A stretch of 64,000 nucleotides of DNA, from contig RSEE01000034.1 in NCBI GenBank assembly GCA_003971905.1, positions 496,001 to 560,000 of the forward strand, read 5' to 3'. Source of the DNA: Moniliella sp. 'wahieum' (lineage: Eukaryota). Positions within the stretch are counted from its first letter, which is position 1. Each line of letters opens with the position of its first letter. Below the pieces are notes generated by a model, which ran no database searches, was not told the origin of the DNA, and saw nothing but the letters and a program-made list of their open reading frames with translations. Shown one piece after another: positions 36,609 through 48,400 of this stretch. The position numbers and the translations under genes were made by a program.

Positions 36609-38294
36609 TCAGAATGGGTCCAGAAACGCGCAAAGAGCCAATACCATCACCACGTACCCAACCCATCGCCATCTTTCGCACCAGCGCCCCTTGCCACCCC
36701 GCAGACGCGTCCGCTGGCAACATAGACAGATTGTCTTGCTCGGTCGGATCGCGAGGCCAGCCCGGGTCCGTTGCTGGGTCCGATCCCTGGGTCGGAGCCA
36801 AAGCGCGGCAATCCGTCGCGAGCGCCGCGCCACTGCCTGAGCCAAGCACTTCCTCCAACTCGGGTTGGAACGAAACGGGACGGCGGTTTCCTGCTGCCAT
36901 GCCGAGGGGGCGGAAGCTGCAGCTGGGGAAGCATCGCTGCACCTTGTGCCCCGAGCCGGACTGGACCGCGCACGGCCGGGCACAGCAGGCGAGGGCGAAT
37001 CGCCTCCCTCCTCGCAGCCGACAGACGACGACGACGACGCTGCATCGTCCCTAGATCGCCCGTCGTGCATCACGGGGCAGGGGCGAGAGGAAGGCCCAAA
37101 GGCACCAAGCACGGCCCAGCGAGCTGCTTCTTCCAGGCCCGAACGGGAAGGCTCATTGGCATGAGCGGGAAGAAGTTGGTACGCAAGGATCTGGCCTGGG
37201 AGCACCTCACGCGGCACAAAGGGTAAGGGTAGCCCGTCCTGTTGCTGGGTGGCGTGCGGGGCGCGCGCAAGCTCGCGCACAGGCTCCGCTGCGCCGCTAC
37301 TACCTTCGGTCAACGACGAAGGCACAAAACAAAGCGGGCGGAACGGACCAGCGGGCTGGTGGGACGGGCGCTTGGCGCGGCTAGGCCCGCGTGGGCGGGC
37401 CTCGGTCGTTGGGAGAGGGAGAGCGGGAGGAGGAGGAGGGGGAGGAGACGAAGAAGGGTGCGCCTGCACCTGTCGGGCGGACGAAACGGAAGGGGGTACA
37501 AGAGCTGGTGCCGTGGCCGTGGCCGTGGCCGTGGCCATGGCCATGGGCACGGGACGATGGTGTGCTGGGCCACACCTCAATCGACTCGGGCAACGTGGCG
37601 TCGCTATCGGGCTGGACCGTGTCGTCGGCGTACGCGGCGTTGGTCGCGCTGGGCCAGGCGGGGGGTCGGGGTAGATCGGTCGCCAGGTTGAGTGGTGAGA
37701 CCCATGGTGCCTGTGGGCCCGAGAGAAAGGTGAGGGGTACCCCGACACACTCATCGTCCTCCCCGCGTCGCGCGCAGACCTGGCCTTCTCCGCCGGCGTG
37801 GCTCGGGGCCGGTGTGGCGAGGACCGAGGGCCGCGGGGAGGTGAGCGCGGGATGGCAAGGTGCAGCCGCCGATCCGGGCCGGGCGCAGGCGGAAGAGGAG
37901 GCGCTATGGTAGGCGCACTGGACTGGAACATGAGCGGTGCACTGGCTTGGGTGCTGGAGCCGCTGCCGGCGGGCGTGCGTCTGGGTCGGGGGCGGAGCGG
38001 GCGGGCGTCGGAGGCGGGTGGGCGGGAGTGCGATGGCGGGAGGTGTACTTGCGTGCCGATGCGCGTCGGCGCATCGGGCCGCTCGGGGAAGGGAAGGGAG
38101 CCAGCGGGGGCGGGGGGCGAGGGAGGCGCACGGCGGACGGGTGGAGGTGTCTCTGGGGCGGCTAGCTCTGTCGCCAAAACTTTGTCGTCCAGGAGAAAGT
38201 GGTGTCGTTCCACCCGAGCGGGGGAGGCGACGCTGGGGGTCAGGTGACCGCGGTGACCGATGGGGCTCACCCTTGAAGGTGCTGAACGTTTCAA
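36609..38294 (-). CDS. Hypothetical low-complexity Pro/Ser/Arg-rich protein
   Basis: 561-codon ORF without a recognisable domain; boundaries uncertain. Confidence 0.35.
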   Translation of the reverse strand: MKRSAPSRVSPIGHRGHLTPSVASPARVERHHFLLDDKVLATELAAPETPPPVRRAPPSPPAPAGSLPFPERPDAPTRIGTQVHLPPSHSRPPASDARPLRPRPRRTPAGSGSSTQASAPLMFQSSAPTIAPPLPPAPGPDRRLHLAIPRSPPRGPRSSPHRPRATPAEKARSARDAGRTMSVSGYPSPFSRAHRHHGSHHSTWRPIYPDPPPGPARPTPRTPTTRSSPIATPRCPSRLRCGPAHHRPVPMAMATATATATAPALVPPSVSSARQVQAHPSSSPPPPPPPALPLPTTEARPRGPSRAKRPSHQPAGPFRPLCFVPSSLTEGSSGAAEPVRELARAPHATQQQDGLPLPFVPREVLPGQILAYQLLPAHANEPSRSGLEEAARWAVLGAFGPSSRPCPVMHDGRSRDDAASSSSSVGCEEGGDSPSPAVPGRARSSPARGTRCSDASPAAASAPSAWQQETAVPFRSNPSWRKCLAQAVARRSRRIAALWLRPRDRTQQRTRAGLAIRPSKTICLCCQRTRLRGGKGRWCERWRWVGYVVMVLALCAFLDPF

Positions 38295-38484
38295 TCCGTT
38301 TCCGTTGTTTCTCTATTACGCCGTTGGTTCCCTCTGGACCCTATTCTTTTTCCCTGTGCAATCCACGCCGAGCCTACCCTCACCCAGCCACCAATAGCAA
38401 CGACGGGGGATAATCAATGTACTGGTACGGAGAACGACACGGCGCAAAACGAACGAAAGAGAAGCCGAAGCAGGAAAGAGCGGG

Positions 38485-39985
38485 CTACAATTCAAAGCGG
38501 GACTTGTGGTCGCCGTACAAGTCTCGGTAAAAGCTACGCAGCCTTGCCGAGGCCGGAACCGCCTTGCTCCCGCCCCCAATCTCGTCGTTCATCGCGAGAA
38601 ACTTGAGGCCGGCAGCAATGCGCTCCCGCACAGTGTTTAATGTTTTCGTTCACCTCCGGTTTGGTCCACTTTTGCAGCAGCGTCGCCTTGGTGATCACAC
38701 TCGATGGCACCACGGCAAAACTCAACGGCGCCTCTTCCTTGCCTGGCGGACGAAGGCCCTTGGGCATGCTGCCTTCCAGCGCGGTATAGGCATGAACAAG
38801 TAGGGGCGTGATCACGTCCTCATAGTGGCGGAAACGGTGGGAGAGCGTCCTGTTCACCTCGGCTCCAAACTTGAGCGCAGCGCCTTGCAATGCGGTGCGC
38901 GTATAGACAAACGGTGCATTCACATACCGTGGCGGGAACGTAAGCCCACTGGCGGGCCCTACGCCTTTTCAATCACGTCCAGCGTGTGAAAGGTGCTGAA
39001 GCGCCATACGTTTGTGTGCAGGAACCAACTGGTCATAGTCTGCTGGTTTGCGGACTTGGGAGTTTTCGAGAAATTGGAGCACCCCAGGCGCCGGTCCCCG
39101 GCCATGGTAGCCATTCTTGCTCCAGAGCACACCCGGTAAGACACTCGGTCCCCCACCGAGGGTGAAAAGTCACGGGGTGCAAGGGAGAAGGGAACGTGTA
39201 GTCGTCATTGCAGTGGATAATCCACTCACTGTCTGGAAAATGGCTCCCGGGCGGCGGAGAGGCGGAAGCTTGTGCAGGAAGGCTTCGACAATGTTGGAGC
39301 TAAATGTAGGCTGGGCTTCCTTGGGGACCAATACGTTCTGGTCGATCCACTCGATGCGTCCTTCGGGATCCACTTGGCCCGTCCGGGCGGCGAGGGAAGG
39401 ATGCGGGACAGGCTTCCCGCTCGCATCTACCGGGGGGTGGGCAAGACGAGCAAAGGATGGCGGCGAGAAGAGAAACGACGACGATCCGTCCAGTGTGCCA
39501 AGGAAGGTGAAGCGCAAGTGTACGCAGGCTGAACTTGAGGTCGTCGTTGTCACGATCCCGGTCACCGCCCACGGCAAAGTGGCCACCATATTGCTGCCTT
39601 AGGCGGCGATTTTCGGGATCGCTGCCATTGACCCACGTATAGACAATGGTCGCGTTGCGCGCCCATTCCCACTCGGGTTCCAGCGGCGCAGGCGCGGCCA
39701 GAAGAGCCGCCGACGGAGTAGCAACCGCTGCCAAGGAGGACGCATGGGTCGGGGAAGAGCCCAGGCTTGCGAACAGCTGGGTGACTTGCGGATTGGCAGG
39801 GTGGGCACTATTACTAGGATCCATGGTACCAGCCATGACGAGGATCAGAATAAGGGCAAGAGCGGTGAGGGCAGTGAAGACACGAGAAGCGAGCGCCTCG
39901 GATCGCGGCCGCTCGGACCTGGCGAGCGGCGCCCATCCTCGCTGGCGGGGACACGCTGATAGCGAGGGAGCGCGCCCGTGCCCAT
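38485..39985 (-). CDS. Stealth-family sugar-1-phosphate phosphotransferase (type II membrane protein; XPT1/GNPTAB-related)
   Basis: N-terminal TM segment (ALTALALILILVMAG); CR1 IVYTWVNGSDP; CR2 RDRDNDDLKFSLRT...LPWHTGRIVVV and PTFSSNIVEAFLHKLP; NAPFVY..HRFRH; CR4 KFLAMNDE...FYRDLY..KSRFEL*. Confidence 0.88.
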
Positions 39986-40926
39986 GGGGTGCGGAGGGGG
40001 AGAAGTGGGGGCTGAAGATGGGCGCAGGGAAGAGAGGTGGAGAGCAGGGTGGGGACGCCTGCACACAGCAGCACCTGGTCGGCGGACGCAACAGGGGCAG
40101 GAGCAGGGGAGGGGTAGGAAGAGGGAGGCGAGCACGGCGGGTGAGCACTCAACTGAGTAACGGAGTGCGCAGTCGGGAGCGACACGCCAAAAGAGGAGCG
40201 CCGGGAGGCTGCTGCCGTGCACGGCCAGGCATGGCCGCTTGAAAGTGTCTCGGACGGCGTGGCGCGGACCAGGCACGAGGCGAGCGAAAGATGCTTGGCA
40301 GCCGTGCGATCGCAAGAGCCGCGCCCTGCTCCGCTTGCTCGGCCACTGGGCCAGTCTGCGCGTGTGCTCCCGCCGCAGTCAGTAGCGCTGTGGCTCGGCA
40401 GCCCGTGCTCAGCACTCGGCCGCTGAGTCTGCAGCGCTCCGTGGCTTCAACACCTCATCATCTGCATCACATGCATCATGCATCATGCATCACACATCAT
40501 ACATCATCGATCATCGATCATCCCTCTATCCACCCGGCTCTCTCGAGCCTCCATTCTCCATCCTCCATCGATCTCATCTCCCTCGGCTGTCCATGTCAGC
40601 CTTCCTGGAGAGGTCACCGCTCACCGTGCCCCATCTCTGCATTCCGAACCGCATGCTGTCCGCCCCCAACACCTGGCTCACCGGCCAAGCTAAGCTCAAG
40701 GTTATCGATTATCGATCGGTTATCGAGATCATCGATTATCATGCATGTCATGGACCTCGTGGTACAAAACCGGTTTGCTATCTACAGTGCTAGTGCCTCC
40801 CGCCAGCCTTTTGCGTGCCTTATCGCATCCCCCCTACACGCCAATCTCAGATCCGATGAACAACACCGTGCTCCGCCATCCCCACGGGAAGCTTATTGAC
40901 GTGTTGACGCTTCAAGCTTCAAACCG

Positions 40927-42261
40927 CTAGTCTTGCCGCTCCTCAAACGACCAAACCACATTCTTGATGCCCTTGCGAGCCGCCACCGCCAGACACGCCT
41001 CCGACGCTTGTTCCATTGGATAATTGTCGGTCACCAGCTCGTCCAGGTCGACCCGCTTCTGCGCCAACAGCTCCAGCGCATCCTCAAAGCAAAACACATT
41101 GTACCGCAGCAGTCCCACCAGCGTCAGTTCCCGCGACGTGATCTTGAGGAGCGGGAAAAGACCCAGCGGCTGTCCCAGGCCCACCTGACAGTACGTCCCA
41201 CCAAAGTCCAGCATGTGTAGGCCTTGAACCGACGCTGCCTCGGCTGCACATGCCTCAATCACCACGTCCACTCCATGCGGTAGCCCAGCCTCTGCGAGCC
41301 ACTGCGTCGCATCCTGTGCGCCCGCCTGCAGCTTCTCCTCCCGCGAGAGCGGTTCCCATTGCGGCTTGTCCCACTGGCTGAGGAAGACGTGGTCAGGACG
41401 ACTGTGTTTCTTGTTGCGCGTCCACTCCACCCGCTGTGCGTCGACGTCGATCCGATCACCTTGGACGCTCCATAGGCCTTGGCAACCGACATGGCAATTT
41501 GCCCAATCGGGCCACACCCAAACACGGCCACCGTTTGGAACGGCTGCAAGCGCGCGCGACGGGCAATCTGGACGCCAATCGCCAGGGGCTGCACGCAGGC
41601 TGCTGCTTTCCACGTTGTACCCTCAGGCACACGCAGCAACGCATCCTGCCGAGCCAAAAAGTACTGGCACATGGCGCCATGGGTCGGAGGCAGAGCAAAG
41701 TAGGCCTCGTCTCACACCGGTTCTCAAACCCACGCCGGCACTGTCGACACTTGCCGCACGGAATCGCAGGTTTCACCACCACACGTTCCCCCACCTGGAA
41801 CGGCGGCCCGCCATCGGGACTGGCCGTGTGCGCATCCTCGGGCGGAACCGCATGCACTTCCCCGGCGGTCTCGTGGCCCAACACTAATGGTTCGTTTACG
41901 TCCCGTCCGGCAATCGTACCCTGCACCCACGTCCCCACACCAATCGCGTTAGCCTTTGCGCACCTGTACCCCCCCCTCCCCTTCACGGAACAAAACGCAC
42001 CTTCACCATCGCGCTCACATCGGACCCGCACAGACCCGACACGATCACCTTGACCAGCACCTCCCCCGGCCCAGGAACGGGAACTGGTCGATTTTCGATG
42101 CGCAGGTCGCGTGCGCCGTACAGGACCGCTGACGCATTAGTGGCCTCTGCAATGGGACGCTCTTGCAACAGTTTGGCCGAGGCGGTTGCCAGGCCGGCCG
42201 AGGGCGGGTGGGGGCACAGGCACAGGGTGGCGTCGCTGGAATGCGTAGGGATGGGAGCCAT
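40927..42261 (-). CDS. Zinc-binding medium-chain polyol dehydrogenase (sorbitol/xylitol dehydrogenase-like)
   Basis: SAVLYGARDLRIE, EVLVKV..SGLCGSD, PLVLGHETAG, VGERVVVKP.IPCGKCRQCRRG..N.C, VAVFGCGPIG, GVDVVIEA, RELTLVGLLRY. A probable intron lies near 41925-42018. Confidence 0.9.
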
Positions 42262-43699
42262 GCTGGGTGGAAGGACGGTGGTGCAAGTGGGGGAAGGAAA
42301 AGGGGGCCCAAGACAAGGGGGAAGGGCAGAGATGTCGGACGAGCGTCGAGCGGCGCAAATGACAGCTACGGCGTGTGTATTTATGTAGGAGTAGGAGGAC
42401 GGCGGGGGCGGGGCGGGAGAATTGGGTGCGAGGGTGCCGAATGGCAAGCGAAGCACGTCATGCAGCACAGCGGCAGTGCTGCCAGGGCCGCTGGCTTTTT
42501 TTCTGGTGAATATCCCGACGCCAACGGGGGCATGGGCAACGCACATATCGACGCCCAGCAGTGACTCGTCCGTCGCTTGTTGTCAGATCTCAGATAGCCA
42601 GCACCGGGGGCAGCGCCAGTCCCGCCCCCCGGGCCGTCCGTCCGAGCGTTCGGCGGTTACCGCCGGGGCACCTCCCTCTGCCGTCCGCTTCCCCCCCCTT
42701 GTCCCCCAGACAACCACCAGCTTTGCCCGGCAGGCAGGTTGGGCTCAACTGAGCAGCGCGGAAGCTGAGCGTGAGTCAGCTCAAGCTTCCTATTTCAAAT
42801 TTCCATCAGGCGGCAGTGCAATGGGAGAAGATGCAGGTCATGTGACCGGTGACCCGTGACCCATCACGCGTCACGTGCCATGAACGGGAAACCATGCAAA
42901 ATGAAATTTGGTCGGAGTGAGGTGGTTGGCACCACCAGGAGTGGACGCGAGCCAACCCTAGCCGCAGTGCCTCAGTGGGCCAGTGGCCGGCCTGCGCCTC
43001 GTCACAGTGACGGGCGGCCGAGAGCGGCGTGGTGCGGGGCGGGCGCCCCCCGTTGTGCGGGGCAGGGCTGGGCAATGCATGTGCCCAGAAGCTTGTTGGG
43101 TGAATACAGACGGGGGGCGTGAGACGGAGCATATGCCATCTCCTCGTCTCCATCCTCGGCTGAGGCTCAGGCCCCTGCCTGAGGGTGGCAGTGCGACCGA
43201 GGCGATCTGCTCGGACGAGATGGCCGTCAGCGCATTCTCCTTCCGCCTCCTCTTCCCACCAGGCACCAAACCAACCTGTGTGGCGGCCGATGGAACACCT
43301 CCCGGCTCAACACCAACAGCTCGCCCACAGTCTACTGTTGGAGTGTACGTCATGTGTGCCGTAGGGCGTGCGGGGCGCCGTGGGGGTTGAACGTTGAGGG
43401 GGCGATAAGCACTGATGCATGATGTGCTTCTCCACCTGGTGCTCCACATTTGGCCACATGCCGCCCACCGCCTCCTCCTTCTGCTCGGCCCAGCTGGGCG
43501 GGAGGACATGTGGTGTGGCTGAGGGCAGGCGAGAGAGAGGGGGTGTGTCTGCGAGGCCAAGTATACATAGCCAGCGCCTGTTCCGTGCGCATGGCGTCGC
43601 GTACTCCCACCACACATTGGGCGTGGGCGCCTCAGCTATCGGCCTTTGCCTTGCTCATGTCCAGCCCTTCTGGGCGCCTGCCCCTGACGGCCACAGGCC

Positions 43700-44674
43700 A
43701 TGCCGACAAAGACGTACACCACTTCTCTGTCGCTGCCGTCGGGTGCACCATGTCCCCGCCCCCAGCCGGAAGATGCTGAGCAGGACAAGGCACCTGCCGC
43801 CACAAGGGGAGGAGCAGTGGTCACCAGTCCACCCCTGCGCTCGTCGCAGTACGCAATCCTCAATCCCCCTCTCCCGGCGCCAAGCAAGTGCTCTGTTACC
43901 CAGGACAGCTGAGTCGAGCCTGTGTCCTCGCACGCGGATCCGCTCACCGACCACCCTCACCCCACCTTTTCCCAGCGTTGGCGGGCTTGCGTTGCACCCC
44001 CGACCCGGGCCGCCTCTGGCCAAGAATACCGAGGCGCTCGACCAGCTTCCTTCCCTCCTCTGCCTCCGCCCCCGCGTCCCGGGCGCGAGATGTGGGAGGC
44101 AACGCAGCCGCCTTGGCTCCCCGCAAGGGCGTGCGCCCTGCGCCGAGTCGGATCGCGATCCAAACCGAGCGCGCTCGCCAGCGCAACCCGTTTCTTTCCC
44201 CCACGCTACACGTCCCAAGGCCAGTTTATTCGCATCGACGGTTCCTCCGGCCGGGCGTCGATGATGCGTGGCCCCCAGTCCCACTCGTCGGTACGAACGG
44301 TGGTAGGCACCATGCCCTACTATCGTCCGCCTTATCCTCGCTTGTCTCACTGGCGTATGGGCCACGCTAGCCAACCGAGCACGCCTGCCCCCCTACCGGG
44401 GGGCACTGTGCTGCACGTGGCCAACCCAGACGAACGCCTCTCGGTTTCGGCAGCTGGGCAAGCGTCGTTATTACCACAAGGGATCCGTGGTGCGCACCCT
44501 CCTCCGTCGGAAGGGACAGCAAGCAGTTCGCTCAGTTCTGCCGACTCGTCGTCGCCTCATCTGTCTGTTCCTTCTCCCAACTTGAACGGCTGGTCCGTCT
44601 ATTCGTTTGATCCTGCCTCTCATGTCTCGTCTCCTCAACAAGACCTTCCCGTCGAAATGAACATTCCTAATTGA
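43700..44674 (+). CDS. Possible hypothetical Ser/Pro-rich protein (frameshifted)
   Basis: Overlapping + strand ORFs from MPTKTYTTS... to ...PVEMNIPN*; no domain recognised. Confidence 0.25.
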
Positions 44675-45434
44675 GGATCCCTTGTAAAAACATGTGCTTC
44701 CCAGCAGGGCCATTCAGCAACAGCACCGAGTCCATGCTACAGTTAAGCCGCTTTACTCGTCGCGCGCGGTCGCAACCAACGCTTTTGGCCTACCATCACG
44801 CTCGCTCCTCTGTCGTGTTGGCAGTCATTGCTAGCGCTGAATATTATACGCGATTCCTGGTGGGCATGGGGGCAATAGTGCCAGCAGTTCGTAGTACTGA
44901 TACACATGCGAGACGAGAGGAACAGCCGACGGAGGGTGCCGAAGATCGAGTTGCTAAAAGTCAATCGAGATAAGTTACTAGTTTGTCGGTAGTACTATAC
45001 GTTCGAGTGGCAGCATACGATGCATGCGTTCTCATTTATAGCAACCGTATAGTAGCTTGCTCAATGAGCTTGATGGCTACCCTATACCTTTTCGGAAAAC
45101 GCGCATCTCATGTCGGATGGGTATGGCTAGGGTGTGATGGGCACTTATTAGTTGACTGATGGTCGTGTTCGACCGTGCTTTCTCTTTTGGTGGTGGGCCC
45201 AATCGTATTTCTTTCCCATCAGGATAAAGTGCCCCCGCCCTCCTCTGCATCGCCCCCATAAGGATGCAATTCAGCCCCAGGAGCAACGAACAACCGACTG
45301 CTACGAAGCACCGCACCTGGTACTAAATGCCCCCGGGCAAGGGGTTCTTTACAGCGGGAAATGGGTCAAAAAATGCATGTCACGAGGAGCTTAGCGATCG
45401 CTAGCAAAAGCAGCCAGACAGAGGGAACGGGCGG

Positions 45435-48400
45435 TTAAGCAAAGAATCCGCGCGTCCATGCGTAAAGTCGAGAACTTCTTGCAATTGTTCGTGCGTAAAG
45501 CGCTTCTGGTCTTCCTGCCACGTATCCTGGTGGGTCCGACGGAAATCCGCCGCACACTTGCGCACCGTCTTGGCCACGGGTTGGGATCGTCCGTGTGCGG
45601 CGCAATCGTCTCCACCAATAGCTCGGGCATCCAGGCAGGTATGTCGTACGGGAACGCCGTCACCAGCGCGCATGCACCCAACAGAGCCGAGTGCAAGCGC
45701 GCCAGCTGGGCCGAGAAGCCGGGGTCGGAACGAGGCGGCAACGCCGCATTGGCCGCGACTTGCGTCTCAAACTGCCTCCGCAGCCGGCTCAATAGCTCCC
45801 CCTGGCTGCAGCGCACAATCCCGCTCAGCGGTTGTCGCCGCCATCTCGGCCACTTCGGGCTGGGGGTCGGAGAGCGCGGCGAGAATTTGGTCAATCATCT
45901 GCTCCACCGAGCGCGGTGGCAGGTTATACAGGTTGAGGAAGAAGTAGATCACCTGCAGGCTGGCGAGCGGTACCGCCGCAGACGCCAGCTGGCCGTCGAC
46001 GGATCACAGTGAGAACGACGCGTGACGAGGTGCTCGACGCGTGCGCTAGAGTGGTAGGCAGTGTTGCAAATCCCAGCATGTCCTGGGCCCTCGTGGCGAT
46101 CATGTCATTGTCGTGGATTCGCTCATCTCGACCAAGTCGGGAATAAAGTCGATAATCGCATCTTCCAGCCCACGGTTGACAACGCTGATCCCCTGCTCGC
46201 CCATCCAAAACAGCGTTGCACCCGCCAAGTGATCATACTCGCTCTGACCCTGCGACGTGGGAATGCGAAGGGGGCGAAGGGCGACAAGCTTGTGGTGGAT
46301 CTCGCTGAGGTACTTGCGTGGCCGTCAGGCGCCCACACGAGGCTCCCCGTGCCCGTTTGGGCGCAGCAAGCAGCTGGTGAATGCTGCCAAACGAGGGGAA
46401 GGACATCTCGTCCGTGGCAGGTTCAAGTTGCTGGCCACCAGTTCTCGGATCTTGGTCGAATCACGCGAAAAGTTGGCCAAGGACAACGATGCAATGGAAT
46501 CAAGAACGGGACGGAGCATGATGGCTTCGCCTACCAGCGCTGCCGAGAGGTTGCCCAGCGCCTCCACTGTCGGCATGGTAGAGGCTTCATCCTCCATTTC
46601 GCTCTGGTTCTTCGAATAAACATCCAAGCCGCGCTGGACGATGGCTTGCCAACGGCGCGTTGCGGCGAGGGTCATTGTTGCCCAACACATACTCTAGCGC
46701 AAAGAGCCAATGGTCGCGACAGTCAAGCGCCGTGTTGACCAAGAACTGAGGGAACAGGGGGGTAAGCCAGGCATACAGTGATCCCGTGCCTCAATGGACC
46801 AGTGCTTCGATCCTCGCAGGATACCAGCCAAAAGTTCAGACGCCGCCGTTGCTTGTCGGCATCGTCCCGGGCCGCAAGAAGCGACTCAAACACAGGCTTA
46901 ACCGGCTCCAAGAGCTGGACGCCATATACCTGTAAAAGAGCACGTTAGTTTACAATCCAAGCATCAAGATCAGGAGGGACGCACAATGAAGAGCGACTTG
47001 ATTAGTATCGTCGACTGATAGCTGTTTATCTGCTGACTTTTCTTGGGACCAGAGTTCCGAGAGGCGGACCCACCACGAAGGATCTTTGACCACGCGACCC
47101 ACCGCCTCAATTGCAGCCATGGCAGATTTGTCCCAATCAAACGGGTAGCCTGTGCCTGTGGCAGGGACAGTGTAGTAGGCATTGTTTTTGGGCCAAATAA
47201 GCCAGCGGCGGCGTACATGGCGAGCCAACTGGGACTCCGGTGTCAAGGCTTGGGAGAATTGAGCAAAGTAGCGTTCCTTTTCTTCCTCGGGCACAGGATC
47301 GGGCAAAGAATCAACATGGCGAAGCGGATTGTGCGTCTTCATGAGCAAGACATCGAGGGGCGAGTGAGCCATGGTGAGGACCTTGGCATAGTACAACACC
47401 TTGCTCAGCCCCGCAACAGCAGAAACAGACAATTGCTCCCCCTCCGACGTGGGGACTCGGGCGGCAAAGTAGGCCGCCACCCGCGGGTCCAGGGGCATGT
47501 CGCGACGGACGAGCATGTTGAGCAGCTGATGGGCAGCCAGTTTGTAGAACCAATGGATTTCGGATGCATTGGCAAACTCCAACACTGCATCAATGACCTT
47601 GGGATAGAGTTCGTCAACCTTTTGGAGCGCAAAAGACACAGGTCGTGCATCCGCTTCAGGACAGTCGCATCGGCCAACCGGTCCGCAGGGCCCAGACTTT
47701 CCTCGGCAATCTTTGCCGCCGCCACCAGCTCAGAGGAAAGGGGAATCAATCGACGGACCGTCGCCCATTCGGGGAAGCCCTCGGCATAATCATCAATATT
47801 GAGCCGGGCCGCTTCTTGGATTTGAGGGTCGGATTGCCGTTGGGCTTCAAAGTGGAGAACAATGTAGTCCAGCACAAAGCGGGTGTCGAACCAAGCTTGA
47901 TTGCGGAACTCGCTAGTACCAAGGATGATCAATGCGCCCTTGAGCGCCTCGTCGGACGAAGGGTTGCGCAGAACATTGAACAACCGCGGCATCAAGAGCA
48001 CGGTCACTCCATCAAACCGAGCAATCGTTGCTGCCAGCACATCCAACGCGGCCGAACGGACATTCTCGTACCCATCCAGCGCTTGGTCGGCTACAAACTC
48101 AATGAAGAGATCGTCCGTGGGTGTTCGGTTGCGTAGGAAAGCGTTGTTGCGTTGACGCATGCCATGGTAGAGCTCGGCACGGGCCACCCAGTACGCCCGA
48201 GGATAGGCCTTGTCGTGTGGGTAAACGTGCGAGTAATCCCGCACCATCTTGGTACGAGAGAGCAGTTGCCGGTCCACATACCGTTCCGTTCCATAGGCGA
48301 CCAAGTATGATTCAACGGCAAGTAAGGTCCAACCAATCGTGTCGACTTGCATTTGGTCTTGGTGAGCTCGAATAAACTCAACGACCTTGACAAAGGCATC

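Noticed and set aside
37511..37548. Hexamer microsatellites such as (GCCGTG)n here, (GGGCAA)n at ~27645 and (GCGGAT)n at ~21315
   Set aside because: Ordinary coding-compatible microsatellites.
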